Source: Octopus sinensis (taxonomy: Eukaryota). Taken from it: DNA of 64,000 nucleotides. Of the stretch, positions 1 to 12,415 are shown in pieces. The DNA lies in the NCBI RefSeq assembly GCF_006345805.1, contig NC_043022.1:12586001-12650000 (forward strand), in the 5' to 3' direction. Both the position numbers and the translations under genes were made by a program. Position 1 is the first letter of the stretch. Each line of letters opens with the position of its first letter. The notes below the pieces were generated by a model. It saw nothing but the letters and a program-made list of their open reading frames with translations, was not told the origin of the DNA and did no database searches.

Positions 1-564
1 TAATGCCAGTAAGTTGAGTGGCCTTTCTCTGGTAACCGTCTTGGATATATATGTGCATAGTAGCAGCACAGTCTTTGTCATGGGAGTAATACTCTGTGAA
101 CTTCACTTGTGCTTTGTAGAACATCAGCAGTTGGTGGCTGAAATATTTTTAACCACAAAGCAAAGAGCTAGTCTTTGGTGTGCTGTCTAAGATATATTAA
201 GGACATACTTTTACCTTGTGAGATCCTCAATAATAGCCAGAACTAGCATTCGGAATAATTGTAAGGGCTCTAGCTGAGTGTCTTTCAGATTTAGGAGGGA
301 TGTGGTTCTTCATATGAATAGCACTTGAGGTTTTTTTTTATTTTTAAGAGACAAGATTGACATGGTTTTGTTGGAGGATACTTTTGAGGTTTTCTTTCAT
401 GAGATTAGTGCAGATTTGACATATGGTTGACACATGGTTCAAAAACATTAAGGAGAAATGAAGATTTGTATCATTTGTATGGACAAGACTGCAAGTAGAT
501 CATTGATGTTTAGAAGGAAGAGAGAAAGGAACAAAATAAAATTGACCCTTGAATTACACATGAG

Positions 565-1045
565 GGCCAGTCAGGTGACTCTGGCATTGATCACGCTTAA
601 ATGGTGCCTTTTACGTGCCACCAGCACTGGAGCCAGTCAGGCAGCACTGGCAGCAGCCACAATCGAATGGTGCTTTATACGTACCACCGGCACGGGACCA
701 GTCAGCCAGCACTGGCATCGACCATGCTTGAATAGTGCTTTTTATGTGCCACCGGCATGGGAGCCAGTCAGGCAGCACTGGCAATGATCACGCTCGAATG
801 GTGCTTTTTACATGCCACTGGCAAGGGTGCCAATCAGGTGGTACTATCATTGGCCATGACAACAACTTCACTTGACTCAACAGGTCTTCGCAAGCACAGT
901 TTATTGCCCCATGATTGAAGGCTACTCTTAAATGGGCTAGTTATACTGCACTGGCATAGGCCACGGTTATGGTCTCACTTGGCTTGCCAGGTCTTCTCAA
1001 GCACAGCGTATCTCCAAAGGTCTTGGTCTCTTCTCATCGCCTCGT
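565..1045 (-). mobile_element. RTE-clade LINE 3' fragment with a ~63-65 bp minisatellite in its 3' UTR
   Basis: 960-1045 is the reverse complement of 23350-23440 (gctgtgctgagaagac...aagtgagaccataacc); 4-5 tandem units anchored on gaatggtgc at ~599, 665, 729, 797. Confidence 0.75.
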
Positions 1046-1923
1046 AAGAGTTTCTGTGGAATATTATTCTATTTGACCCCTTTAACTATTAGAGTGCTTC
1101 CTGACTACAGTATAACTCGCTAAGATATTTGGGATGGGTTTGAACAAAGGAAAATTATAGAAATAACTTTTAACTGATTTCATTGTGGTGAAACACTGCT
1201 CATTGTTGAACAATATTGATTTGATTTTGTTACAATTTTATTGCATATTAACTTCATCTTCTAGAGACTATATGCAAACATACATATGTATTTTTATTTT
1301 TGAATACTTTTGTAACTTTCTGTTTATTGTGTGTGTGTATGTGTAAAAATAATATAAATATATCAAGTTTGCAAGTACCATGCATGAAACTTTTAGCATT
1401 TTGTAGCTTAATGCAAATTAAAAAATACATTTACTCATGTGTTGGGTTTTGTTTCTCCTACTTATTCTCCTACTTATTCGAACTTGCATATAGCTTGCAT
1501 GAAGCATTGTCTGATGTATGTATCTTTATACAGAGTAATTATATACTGTAAATGTGTGTGTGTGTATTATATTAATAAAAGATTACTGTTAGAAAAAAAA
1601 AGTACTTGTTTTTATTACTTTTATTACAAAAAAAAAAAAAAATAGAACACAGGAGTCTAGCATTTTCATGTGTCTTGGGATTTATGATTAATGTTTTTAA
1701 AGTTAAGCAGTGGGTCATAAGATGTTGAATGACATGCTTTTAAAGTTATGTATATTGTAAATATAGACTACAGATGACATGAAGAGTTTGGAATATAATT
1801 TCACCAACTTGATGGTTCCTAGAGAGATAGTGAAGTTTGAACTGTACATACTTTGTGTCATAGTTATTGTTCTTCTAGATAGAAATATACATTGTTAAGA
1901 GTGTAGAGTCTATCTAGATATTT

Positions 1924-2620
1924 TACAAGGTGCATTCAAAAAGTATTCGACTTTATTTTTCCTGCCGAAACTAATGCCTCCTGGGCAAAATTTTTTGGGT
2001 GGGAAGTAACACTACCCTTCTGTGCATGCATGAAAATTTTCATGTTGGTAGGCCATGTCAGTTCCTGGCTGTTATACCAATTAGTAAGCACTTGTCAGAT
2101 TTTCATTTTTACCAAATTCTTTGACTATAGATATTACATTAAGTTTTGCCAAAAGCTTGCTGATGCTTAAGCTCAAACTATCCAGAAGATTCAGAAGACC
2201 TTTAGCAACAATGCTATGGGCAAAACTCAGATCAAGGAGTGGTACAACTGCTTCAAACATGACCACACCTCAGCAGAGAGTGAGGCATACTCAAGCAGGC
2301 CATTCAAAAGCCAAAATAAGAAACTGGTTGAGAAGATTCAATGCATAATCATGGAAGACCATTGTGTAACAATCCAGGAAATTACTCACCAAGTGAGAAT
2401 AAGCACTTGGGTTTCTGCTTGATGCATTCAGTCACCTTGCATGAAAATGAAAATGATGAGCACCCACTACATGTCTGTAATCTAGCTGCCTACCAACACG
2501 AAAATTTTCACACCTGTGCAGAATGGGTGATGTCATCTCCCACCCAAAGGATTTTGCCTGTGCAGCATTTGTTTTGGTGGGAAAAATAAAATCATATACT
2601 TTTTGAATCCATCTCTTATA
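1924..2620 (+). mobile_element. Non-autonomous Tc1/mariner (mariner-type) element with ~130-bp terminal inverted arms and a decayed N-terminal HTH transposase fragment
   Basis: Ends TA..attcaaaaagtat on both strands; arms 1924-2053 and 2488-2620 are reverse complements; internal frames read YYIKFCQKL..TIQKIQKTF..MGKTQIKEWYNCFK..SSRP..VTIQEI (mariner DNA-binding region); no DD34D domain. Confidence 0.85.
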
Positions 2621-5359
2621 CATCATTAACACTATATTAAGACAATGAGGAGAGCCACCTCAGTATTTGAGTTGGGAAACCTAGAGCTGGTCTGGGGTAA
2701 ACAGCCAAAATTTTATTGTAGTAGTGCTAGACTTTGTAGAGTTAGTTATATCTTGTGTTACACACACACACCTGAGATAGTTACGTGTTGTTACACACAT
2801 GCCTGAGAGTCATATCTTGTGTTACATACACACCTGAGATAGTCTTGTCAGTAGAATTCAAGGATACTAATGGTGTCGCCATTTGCTGACATTTGTAATA
2901 TGAATAGTTGAAACAATAGAATACATTTTATGTCATGATAAAGAAAAGTCTAATGCTTCATAATGCTTGTTGTTTTACAGAAAGAGTGAGCTGATAAAAG
3001 GTCTTACCACTATGCAGTGAAATTGATTTGCAATTTTTCATCCCAGTGGTATTGCTCCTATTATATCTTAATCAAGTAAGTTTAAAATTATAATAAACCA
3101 AACTTAGTGATGCTCTAGTATGGCCACTACTTACAGATTGGAAGCAATAAAAGAAAATTGACACAGAATTGTTACTGTGGAAACTTGTAGAACTATGTTG
3201 ACAATAGAAATTTGTCAATTTGAAACTGTAATTCTCTTCATTACACCATTTCCTCTGCCTCTCTCTCCCTCTCCCTCACTGAGGAGGAAGGTGAGGATGG
3301 AGCTCTTAAACTGATAGGATCTCCACCACTGATAAGATTATCAAACATAGCATGCAGATCTTCAGGTGAAATTTAAATAATCTATTAAAATTTAAACATT
3401 TCTTATCTAGCAGAAATTTAAGTTTATTAAAACTAAGAAAAGCATTGGTGAAAATAGTACTTACTCCCTCCTACCTGTGCCTCTCTGTCAACATCTATGT
3501 ATTATATCTCTCCGTCTTCCCCCAGCTCTGCTTCTGTGTGTATCTCTCATCTCTCTCTTTCCCTTATTTCAGCATATATACACCCTAACTCCCAGTCTAC
3601 AATATTCTCTCTCTCTCTCTGTCTTTTGTTACTTTCTGTTTGTGTCGGTCTTTCTTTTCCTGTTTCTCACATAAAAAAGTATGTATTCCACTTTCTATCT
3701 ATTTTCACCTGTCTCTTTTTGTTTCTCTGTCTCTGCCTCTCTTCCTCTTGCCAATAATTGAGAGAAGGCAAGAGAAAGGTAGAGACATAGGAAGGACTTG
3801 GACAAAACAGGTACCAGAAAATGGTTTGATAGAGACTGAGTGGGGTGTTTTGGTAGTCTTGGATAGTAGAGTGAGGAGGTAGGTGGGGGGGGGTCATGTG
3901 CAGAGTTGAGATGTCTTAATAAGTTAGAGATATTAGAATATTGTGTTTACAGATGAAATGACACTGGCTTTAGTCGACTTGAAACACTAGTAAATATCTG
4001 TCAGAAAGGGGCAACACAACACATTACAATACATCTGTCACTTTGCATCACAAAACATCACTTATGCATTACAACACATCACTGTGAATCACAGTGCATC
4101 ACAGCACATTGCAACACAATGCTTCACAACACATAAAAAATTACATCACAATAGACTTATTGCTAATCACATTGAATCACATTTCATATCCAGTGTTCTA
4201 TGTACAGCTTTGTATATGTATGGTTCAGGATTGTGGATCAGACTTGATACCTTGACTTAAAACAATGTTTTATTACATATCAACAAAAGATTATCTTTTT
4301 GGTAACTCAGCCTGTTAGAAATATTCTCTCAGATTCTACCAAATCACATTAGCCAAATTCCTTTAACCACACACTTTTACCTTACAAAAGGAAGATTGTA
4401 TTGTCACTATAGTCTTAGAAAGAAAGAAGAATAGTTATGGTTGAAATATTTTGATTACAGATCTGCTTAATCAGGGCTGACAATGTGTATTACAAAACAA
4501 CGTGGGAGCATCTACTTTGTTGCTCAACTTGCCAGTAATAGCAGCAAGATATCCTTTAAATTACATCTAATTGTCTTGAGAACAGAAATGAGACTTTAGA
4601 TAATGGAGTTCACTGGATGGTCAGAGCTGGAATACCTCTGATCAAAGGCCTTCATTTTTAGGTTTACCTGAAGCTAATCACCAATTATTGCTATAAACTA
4701 CCAAGCCTTGACTCCTGTAGCATTTTGTGGTATATCTCTCTAGCTACATTCATACTCACACACATGTATGCATGTTCATTTTGAGGTATGTACACCTATA
4801 TTGGTTCATGTGTGCATATACTCATTTTGTAGTATATTATCTGTCTAGTTTTACACACACACACGTGTGTGTGTGTGTTCATTTCTTAAGCTCATTGTTA
4901 TCTACAACCAAATAATTTCAAAGGTAAACAGATGTAATGAAAAACATAGGGCTATTGGTGTATGTAGTGATATTGGTATAATATGCATAGAGAGCAATAC
5001 TAGAAGAAAAGTATATGGGCTTGTCCCTTGCAATGAGCATAAGATAAACACGAGAAATTAATTTGGATGTGCATGTTTTTTATCTTTTGAAAATTCAAAA
5101 GTGTAGCTATGCAGCAGCTGTTTTACCTGTATGACACACATGCACACACACACATGTGTGTCTGTGTGTGTGTGTACATGCATTGCACACATTTACACAT
5201 TGTGTGAAGATTTAGTGTAGTTTTATGTACATTGTGTTATGCTAGTCATTTACTTTTGTGATTATATAGTATGTGTATGTACATGTATGTATACACAACA
5301 TTTTGATATATAAACACGAAAATCAATTGCTATTTCGATGACAGAAAGCTTCAACTTAC

Positions 5360-5590
5360 CCTGATTCTTCCATCTTTCTCTCTTTCTTTAGCACTTCTTT
5401 CTTCTTTCTTTGCTTTTTATTATTATTATTTTTTTTTTTTTGGTCTCTTCCTTCCTTCCTTCCTTGTCGTCAATCAAAGAATCTGCGATAAGAGGAAGGA
5501 GGAGGAGGAGGGAGAAATGAGTGAGCAATGATGTTTCTGCAGAAACATGCCTGCTAAGCAGTCTCCAGCGCGGCAAACTGTGTTTATGGT
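5360..5590. promoter_or_regulatory. Candidate first-exon/promoter region of an unidentified gene
   Basis: Local rise in GC/CpG (cagcgcggc, cagcggag, gtgcgc) next to long GA/GT tracts; minus-strand ATG GAA GAA TCA GG|gtaagt (5373-5360) and plus-strand ATG...TTT ATG|gtaaga (5547-5588). No downstream exons identified. Confidence 0.3.
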
Positions 5591-6085
5591 AAGAAGAGAT
5601 GAAGGAAGTGATCAGCGGAGGATGATGGTGGTAATGATGATGGATGGATGGTGGTGTTGTTGTGGTGGCAGTCTGCTGCTAGTGTTGTGCGCTGTGTATG
5701 TATGCGTGTGTCTGTGTTGTCGCTAGAGGTGTGATTATGTCACCATTGGGTCTGACTGGCTGTGATACCAGCATCAGGTTTGATTGGTAAGTTGGGGAGA
5801 CGAGGGGAGATGCTGAGGTGGTGAGGGGCAGTGTTAAAGTGAGTAAGAGAGAGAGATGGAGGGTTAGTGTGAGAGAGAGAGAGAGGAGAAAGTAGTGTCA
5901 AAGACAGAGGGGAGAGATGATTGTCTGTGAGAGAGAGCGAAGTGGAGTGAGGTAGAGAGGCAGTTAGATATGAGAAATATTTAGGAGGAGGAAAAGAGAC
6001 TTGGAGATAGAAGAGAAGTATAGTAGAACAGAGAGTGAGGTGTGAGTGAGTAAAAGTAGTGTGATTAAGGCAAACATTGGAGGCT

Positions 6086-6117
<32 letters not shown>

Positions 6118-7129
6118 GATGCATTAACGACATCAACAGGAGTGTTGGAGGTTTAAATAACCTGTGAAAAGATATCATACCTTGTCTTCTGATCTGTCAG
6201 TTTCTGGTTATGTGTGTGTGTGTGTCTCTCTCTCTCTCTCACACACTCTTTAATGTGATATAGTGACAGTCAGTCAGTGTGCAGTATATCAGGTGTGTAT
6301 AGTAGAGGTGGTGATATTGTTAGATATGTGCAGTATGTCAGGTGTGTATAAAGGTATGCTGATGTTGTTGGTGACAGTTATTAGCCTCTGTGTATGTGTG
6401 TTTCCATTCCATCGCATTGAACAGTAATGATGAGGGACAGACTGACTTTAGTTAAGCCTCACAACACTAATTACTGTTATGACAGTCACAGTTATTATTC
6501 AACCATTGACCACACTCTACTCTATCACCTCTTTCTCTCATCAGCTATTTCTTTTTCTTCTTTCTTTCTCTACCATCATACCTCTCCCCATAACACTACC
6601 ACCCTCCCTCACCATGCACTTACCTGTGCACTCAAACCTTCCTTCCTTTATCAATAGTAGCGGTGTGGAGATGCAAGGGAGGAGACAAGTATATTACACA
6701 CTTCAGGGAGAAAGAGAAGTGGTAATCTAGTGCAGATAGTGTTGTAGTGATATGTGGTGACCTGGTAGTGTGGTTATAGTGGTCTGGTGCTGGTATAATG
6801 AGGTTTGGTGGTCATCATCATCATCATCATCATCGTTTAACGTGTGGTTGATATTTGATGAATAGGGGTGGTGATGTGGTTATGGCAGTTGTGTTGAAAT
6901 AGTGGAAAAGGTGGTTCTGTTGATTCTTTAACAATCTCTTCCATTAATTTTTCCATGCATGATCTCAACTTTTCCTTCCCACTATATCTGAACTCTCTTC
7001 ATTTCTCTCTTTTTCATCCTTCTTTCCACTCTTGCCAGCATCTTCACACATCCTGTCATTTTTCCATCTATATGATCATGCAACTAAATGGGGTCTGAAT
7101 TTGCAGTAGACAAAATCTTAATCTGTATT

Positions 7130-7700
7130 GCAATTAAACTTGATATTACTTAGGTGTATAAGACTTCTTGAGGGTGTCTTTAACATACCAAAATGTAATC
7201 TAACAGTTGCCAATGCATGGAATGAAGATGCATCCAGGTTGTGCTCAAACTATCTTTTTGCTAAAAGAGAATGCTCATTGTTATTAGTTTCCAACAACAT
7301 GTTTATCATATGCTCCTTCTAGACTTCCTTTGGAATCATGGCCTATTCTAGCGTTGAAGTCCTAAGGATGGTAAGTTCTATGAGGTTGTGAAAATCAATA
7401 TAACACTTTTCTTCATCTGCAGAATTTGCTTGAAGAATAGGGTCGTGCACACTGAAGAATGTTGTATGCTGCTTGACTGGAATAGGGAAGTGCATGGAGA
7501 TGATGCAGTTAGTGAGCTGTAGGCAGGTTTTCAAGCCTTAAGGCAGTGGAATTTCTGATCATAAAGCCAAGTCATTAGAGGGGATAGTTGGTGTCCTTCT
7601 CTTGAAGCCATTGTAATCATGTTCACTCCTGCTCTGAATTAATGCACTTCTAGATGGGTCAAGAGACAACCTTTTGTTCATATTTTCTGTTTTGGTAAGT
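7130..7700 (-). mobile_element. Decayed RTE-type LINE apurinic endonuclease fragment
   Basis: Frameshifted translation TFFSVHDPILQANSADEEKCY...IL/DFNARIGHDSK...HVVGN, resembling the SAYAPT and GDFNA.IG motifs of RTE endonucleases. Confidence 0.65.
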
Positions 7701-9039
7701 TTCTATTCCTAACATTGACCACTTTACAGAGTGTACTGGGTGGATTTTATTGTGGTAACAGCAGTATTGAAGTTGGCTTGTACCCCACAAGATAAAAGAG
7801 ACCTCTCTTCTCTATGAGGCCTATTTGTTTAGGGCTAGGAGACCAACAAAAGAGGGCAACTGTTAAGGGGATCACCTGGGTACAGCTACTACCTACTTCC
7901 AGTCAACCTTCTAAGCATTGAGAAAAAGTATTTCCCATGTAACCTTAATGTTAATTGTCTCTGTGCACCTGAAGTCTACATTTTGTTAGTCTGCTGTGAT
8001 GCCACTATGCCACTTATTTCTGCCTTATTAGTTTACACTAAGTACACTATATGGAATTTCTACCTACTCCTTTCCTGCATATTGAATATAGTCATTTCCT
8101 TGTTTGTGAATGGACAGAAGATGAAGAAAGATTTTCATTCTTCTATTGACTGAATCAAGCATGGCTATGAATGTTTCACACATCCCATTTATTTTAGGGT
8201 TTGTGTAGCATTGTTCTATCATGATGTCTTTGAAAACAATTGAGACCTAGTGAGGTGAGTCACTGTTTCTTATGGGAATATAGCAAAGCTGCACCAAGAA
8301 AATTTATTTGAGAGTTTCAACTAAAGTCTCTTACTTGATAACTGTCTCTATTAACAGACAATCCTGTTAATGGTTCAATGAATGAGTTTATTTGTAGCTA
8401 TTCAACCTATATCATACCTTAGTGTTCTTAGAGCACATTACATTGCTTATACACCATCTAAAAAAAAAAGAGAAGACAAAATTGTCAATGTGGAATATAT
8501 TTAATATGAGGTCTGTTAAATCACAGTTGACTTGGGGCTTAGCAACAACTGTCCCTGATCTTTATTGTGCAAACTTGACAACTGTTTTAGCTTGAAGATT
8601 AGATTTGACTGATTGGTAAAGAATTGGTCACCAACACACTTTGACCTCTTGCTCACAGCAATACTGTCTTCTCATTCAGCCTTTCCAACAATGGCTACAT
8701 TAGCCTCTGCTCTTCTAGCAAGGCTGATACATACCATGTCTACACCAGCCCATCACACACATTAGTCTCTCTTCATCCATACTATAATCTCACCCTTGCT
8801 ATGCCCAATCATTTTGTCACAGAGGCTTCATCAACTCTGGAATTTCCTGTAGTAATTCACATAATTCACTTAAATCAATTTTCCCAGCAGTCTGGCAGTA
8901 GAACCTGTCATCATGGCCTCAACTTCTTCCTCCTCACTACGCTACTAAACAAAAACATTATAGCTGGCTAACAAGCCATTCATTCACCTATTAATACATC
9001 ATTCAGTCAACCTATCCACTCATCCAACTGTCTGTCTGT

Positions 9040-9054
9040 CTGTCTATCTGTCTC

Positions 9055-9097
<43 letters not shown>

Positions 9098-9328
9098 TCA
9101 TCATTTAACTTGTGTTCCATGCTAGCATGGCTTGGACATATATATATATATATATATATACTTTATATATTCTAGATTCTAGCAAAAACTGTCCGACGAA
9201 CGGCAACGGGAAACTCAGAGTAACAGGTTTTGTTGAATTTTCTGCTGCTTTGAATAAAGCATATTACTCTACCACTGGTATTTGAGTACTCTTTTTTCCA
9301 TCTTGTTTCACATTTATGTGTTTACTCT

Positions 9329-9386
<58 letters not shown>

Positions 9387-9712
9387 GCATGGCTCAGTGG
9401 TTAGAGCGTCGAGCTTACGATCGTGAGGTTGTGAGCTCGAATCCCAGTCCGGGCTGCGTGTTGTGTTCTTGAGCAAAGCACTTTATTTCACGTTGCTCCA
9501 GTTCACTCAGCTGTAGAAATGAGTTGCGACGTCACAGGTGTCAAGCTGTATCGACCTTTGTCTTTCCCTTGGATAACACTGGTGGCATGGAGAGGGGAGG
9601 CTGGTATGCATGGGCGACTGCTGGTCTTCCATAAACAACCTTGTCCGGACTTGTGTCTAGGAGGGTAACTTTCTAGGTGCAATCCCATGGTCATTCATGA
9701 CCGAAGGGGGTC

Positions 9713-9760
<48 letters not shown>

Positions 9761-9971
9761 TCTTTACTCTTTTACTTGTTCAGTCATTTGACTGTGGCCA
9801 TGCTGAAGCACTGCCTTTATAGTCGAGCAAATCAACCCCAGAGCTTATTCTTTGTAAGCCTAGAACTTATTCTATCAGTCTCTTTTGCCGAACCGCTAAG
9901 TTACGGGGACGTAGACACACCAGCATTGGTTGGTAAGCAAGCTACTTACCACACAGCCACTCCTGTGCCTG

Positions 9972-10024
<53 letters not shown>

Positions 10025-10040
10025 GTATATATGTATATTT
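9040..10040. repeat. Cluster of (TA)n / (TATG)n microsatellites interleaved with SINEs
   Basis: Long TA runs at ~9059-9094, 9332-9382, 9718-9759, 9972-10035. Confidence 0.95.
9383..9716 (+). mobile_element. tRNA-derived SINE family B inserted in (TA)n
   Basis: A box TGGCTCAGTGG, B-box-like gagctcgaatcc, body tgttcttgagcaaagcactttatttcac; further copies at ~25285-25590(-) and 40560-40790(-). Confidence 0.82.
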
Positions 10041-10050
10041 TTAAAATTTT

Positions 10051-11710
10051 TCCTGATTCATAGGATTATGCTCAAGGTGGCTTCGTCATTCATACGTGCC
10101 ATCCTTGCTACATTCACCCATCTTTCTTTGAAACATTTGCTAGACAAAACTTGCCTCTCTACTTTCACTTTCCTTTTCAAATGATATTTGAAGAAGTTGA
10201 TGAGAGATTGACCAGAGAGGAAAGTGTTTGTCTCTAATCCTTTCAGACGCGTCCACCAGATACATTCTTTTGCCATAGCCACAAGTATAATGCAAATAGT
10301 TCTTCCTTTCCGTTAGAAGGAAGGAGGCGTGATGATATTGATGATAGACTCGGCTGATAAACTGACTCATCCCACACATGACAGCAGTCATTCGACATAA
10401 GCCCACAGGTCGAAAACTGTTGGACACTGCACGAGTGCGTGCAGAATGGTTTCATCGCTCTGACCGCATCTTGGGCAGATTGGCCCTGTGTTTCTCAAGC
10501 CGTGTCTGTAGAGCTTATCCCGAATGAGTAGCGCTTCTCCGTAGTACTGCCAGGCCAGGGATCTCTGGAAGTTGTCCATAGCTCCTGGCCCGAAAGTTGT
10601 TCTGAACAGGCAGGTCAGGTATTCCTTGTCGACGCCCAGGTTCAACCCGAGCTCGTCGTTGTACCTCCCCTCTACTAATCCCGTATAGAATGCTTTGGTT
10701 GTGTTGAAGTCACTCAAGGTCAACCCGGGACGGCATAGTTGCTTGAGAGCAACGCGACACTCGCGGTGCCATTCGGCCTTCCTTGGCCTCTTTTTGACCC
10801 ACGACTGCAGTTCGGTCATGGAGACGAGTTGCGGAAAAGCATGCCTCACAAATGGCGACCACACCTGTTCACCATCGTCTACGTAGAGCCGGAGATGTCA
10901 CAGTTTCAGCGCATGTCTGCGCATCATCAACCAGGGCATGCCCAGTCCTCCTTTTAATAGGTGTTGACAGCAAATGGATCGCCTGACCGTCGGGACGCAT
11001 CCTTTCCACAAGAAGCGGAAGAGAATGCGTTCTAGTTTGGTGATGGTAGGGTTGGGACAAGGCATGACGGTCAGGCGGTAGTAGATGACGGACGCGATCT
11101 ACATGTTCACCACCTCCACCCGACCTTTTAGGGACAGTTTCCTCTTGGCCCATTGCCGAGCAAGAGTGACCACCCTACTTGTTATCTCGTTCCAGTTCTT
11201 CTCCATTTGGAGGTCCGGATCAAACCAGACCCCGAGCAACTCGACCAGACTGTCGGTCCAGCATCCCATGACAGAGGCACTGGTGGACGGCATGGGCTTG
11301 CTTCTCCAGGTGCCGAGCTGCAAGCCCACTGACTTCCCGGTTGATTTTCGCTCCTGTCACTGCTTCATAGTCTTGCTGACCAGCTTGATGTGCTCATGGC
11401 TAGACATATGACGGTGACACCATCTGCATATGCAGACACGCTCGTCCCGCAACCCAATTCTCATGGGATGCCCCTTAGAGTAGCCATCTTCCGCAGTAAT
11501 GGCTCAACAGTCAATACATATAAAAGCAACGAGAAGGAGCATCCCTGACGGACCGAATATGCAATATTGTAAGGTCTCGATTGATGTCCATTTATGCAAA
11601 TTACCAAACGGATACCTCTGTAGAAAGCAGCTGTCCAGCCACCGAAGACAGGACCGAAACCAGCTGCTCTGAGGACAGCCTCCAAGTATCAATGGTCTGA
11701 AACTCTGCCA
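10051..11710 (-). mobile_element. 5'-truncated Tx1/L1-clade non-LTR retrotransposon (RT C-terminal half plus zf-RVT region), frameshifted
   Basis: YLEAVLRAAGFG, VRQGCSFSLLLYVL (RQGCPLSP motif), SAYADGVT (YADD site), LLGVWF, LSLKGRVEVVN, CPRC..ETILHALVQC; ORF stop at 10058-10060; markedly higher GC than flanks. Confidence 0.88.
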
Positions 11711-12094
11711 TTAAAATTTTGTTGAAATGGTGACATGCTTCAAAATCTCAGGAATTATTTACTTCCATACCTACTACAAATGTGCCAAAACTCAAGTTCC
11801 TGTGGCTTATAGTTTTGAATTTAGCCAGGTCAGAAAACACTGTAAAATCGATCTTTTGTTATATGTGACAAAACAGGTTTTACATAAATGTTTAAAATAT
11901 TGCCAAAAAAAAACAGTCACTGATATTTATTGATGCTGATTGACTTTGAGTGGTGTGAAGTGGTGGAGGTAGAATGCTGACAGCTAAATCCACCCGGGTC
12001 TTTTACAGATATTACAAAACTGAGTAGTTAATGGATTAAGCGACATTGTCAGAAGTGGTAGGTTCAAGTCTGCCTTGATGGATTCTGTGTTTTT

Positions 12095-12415
12095 GTTACA
12101 GAACATTGTATTTTATGTTGTTTCAGCTTTACTATTTGGTGAGGAAATGTTGCCTTTGATAGACTGGTGCTCTATCCAGAATCAGTTTTATCTTTCATCA
12201 CTATGTTTTTATTACAAGACATTGTATTCTATACAGTTTCAATTCTTCTCTTTGGTGAGGGTATGTTCCCTCTGATAGACTGGTGCTCTATTGAAGGTGA
12301 GATTTCTCTGTCTTTGTGACAGAACACTGTATTCTATGTTACTTCAGTTCATTTAGTTTTGGGGGAGGAATGACATAGCTACCATTAGTACCTGTGATAG
12401 ACTGGTGCTTTAATC
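12095..12415. repeat. Degenerate ~115-bp tandem triplication
   Basis: gatagactggtgct at 12158, 12274, 12396; cattgtatt/cactgtatt at 12104, 12220, 12325. Confidence 0.8.

Noticed and set aside
565-860. CRISPR-like regularly spaced repeats and the 109-aa ORF 458-787
   Set aside because: The whole ~63-bp unit is repeated (no unique spacers), the context is eukaryotic, and the motif is the RTE 3' UTR minisatellite; the ORF is incidental.
2981-3075. Plus-strand exon-like segment (ttttacag ... CAA|gtaagt)
   Set aside because: Stops in all three frames and no partner exons identified; isolated consensus pairs are expected by chance in 64 kb.
9383-9455. Apparent tRNA gene (A box, B box, cloverleaf-like start)
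   Set aside because: Continues directly into a SINE body found three times in the window; no proper acceptor stem. It is a tRNA-derived SINE head.
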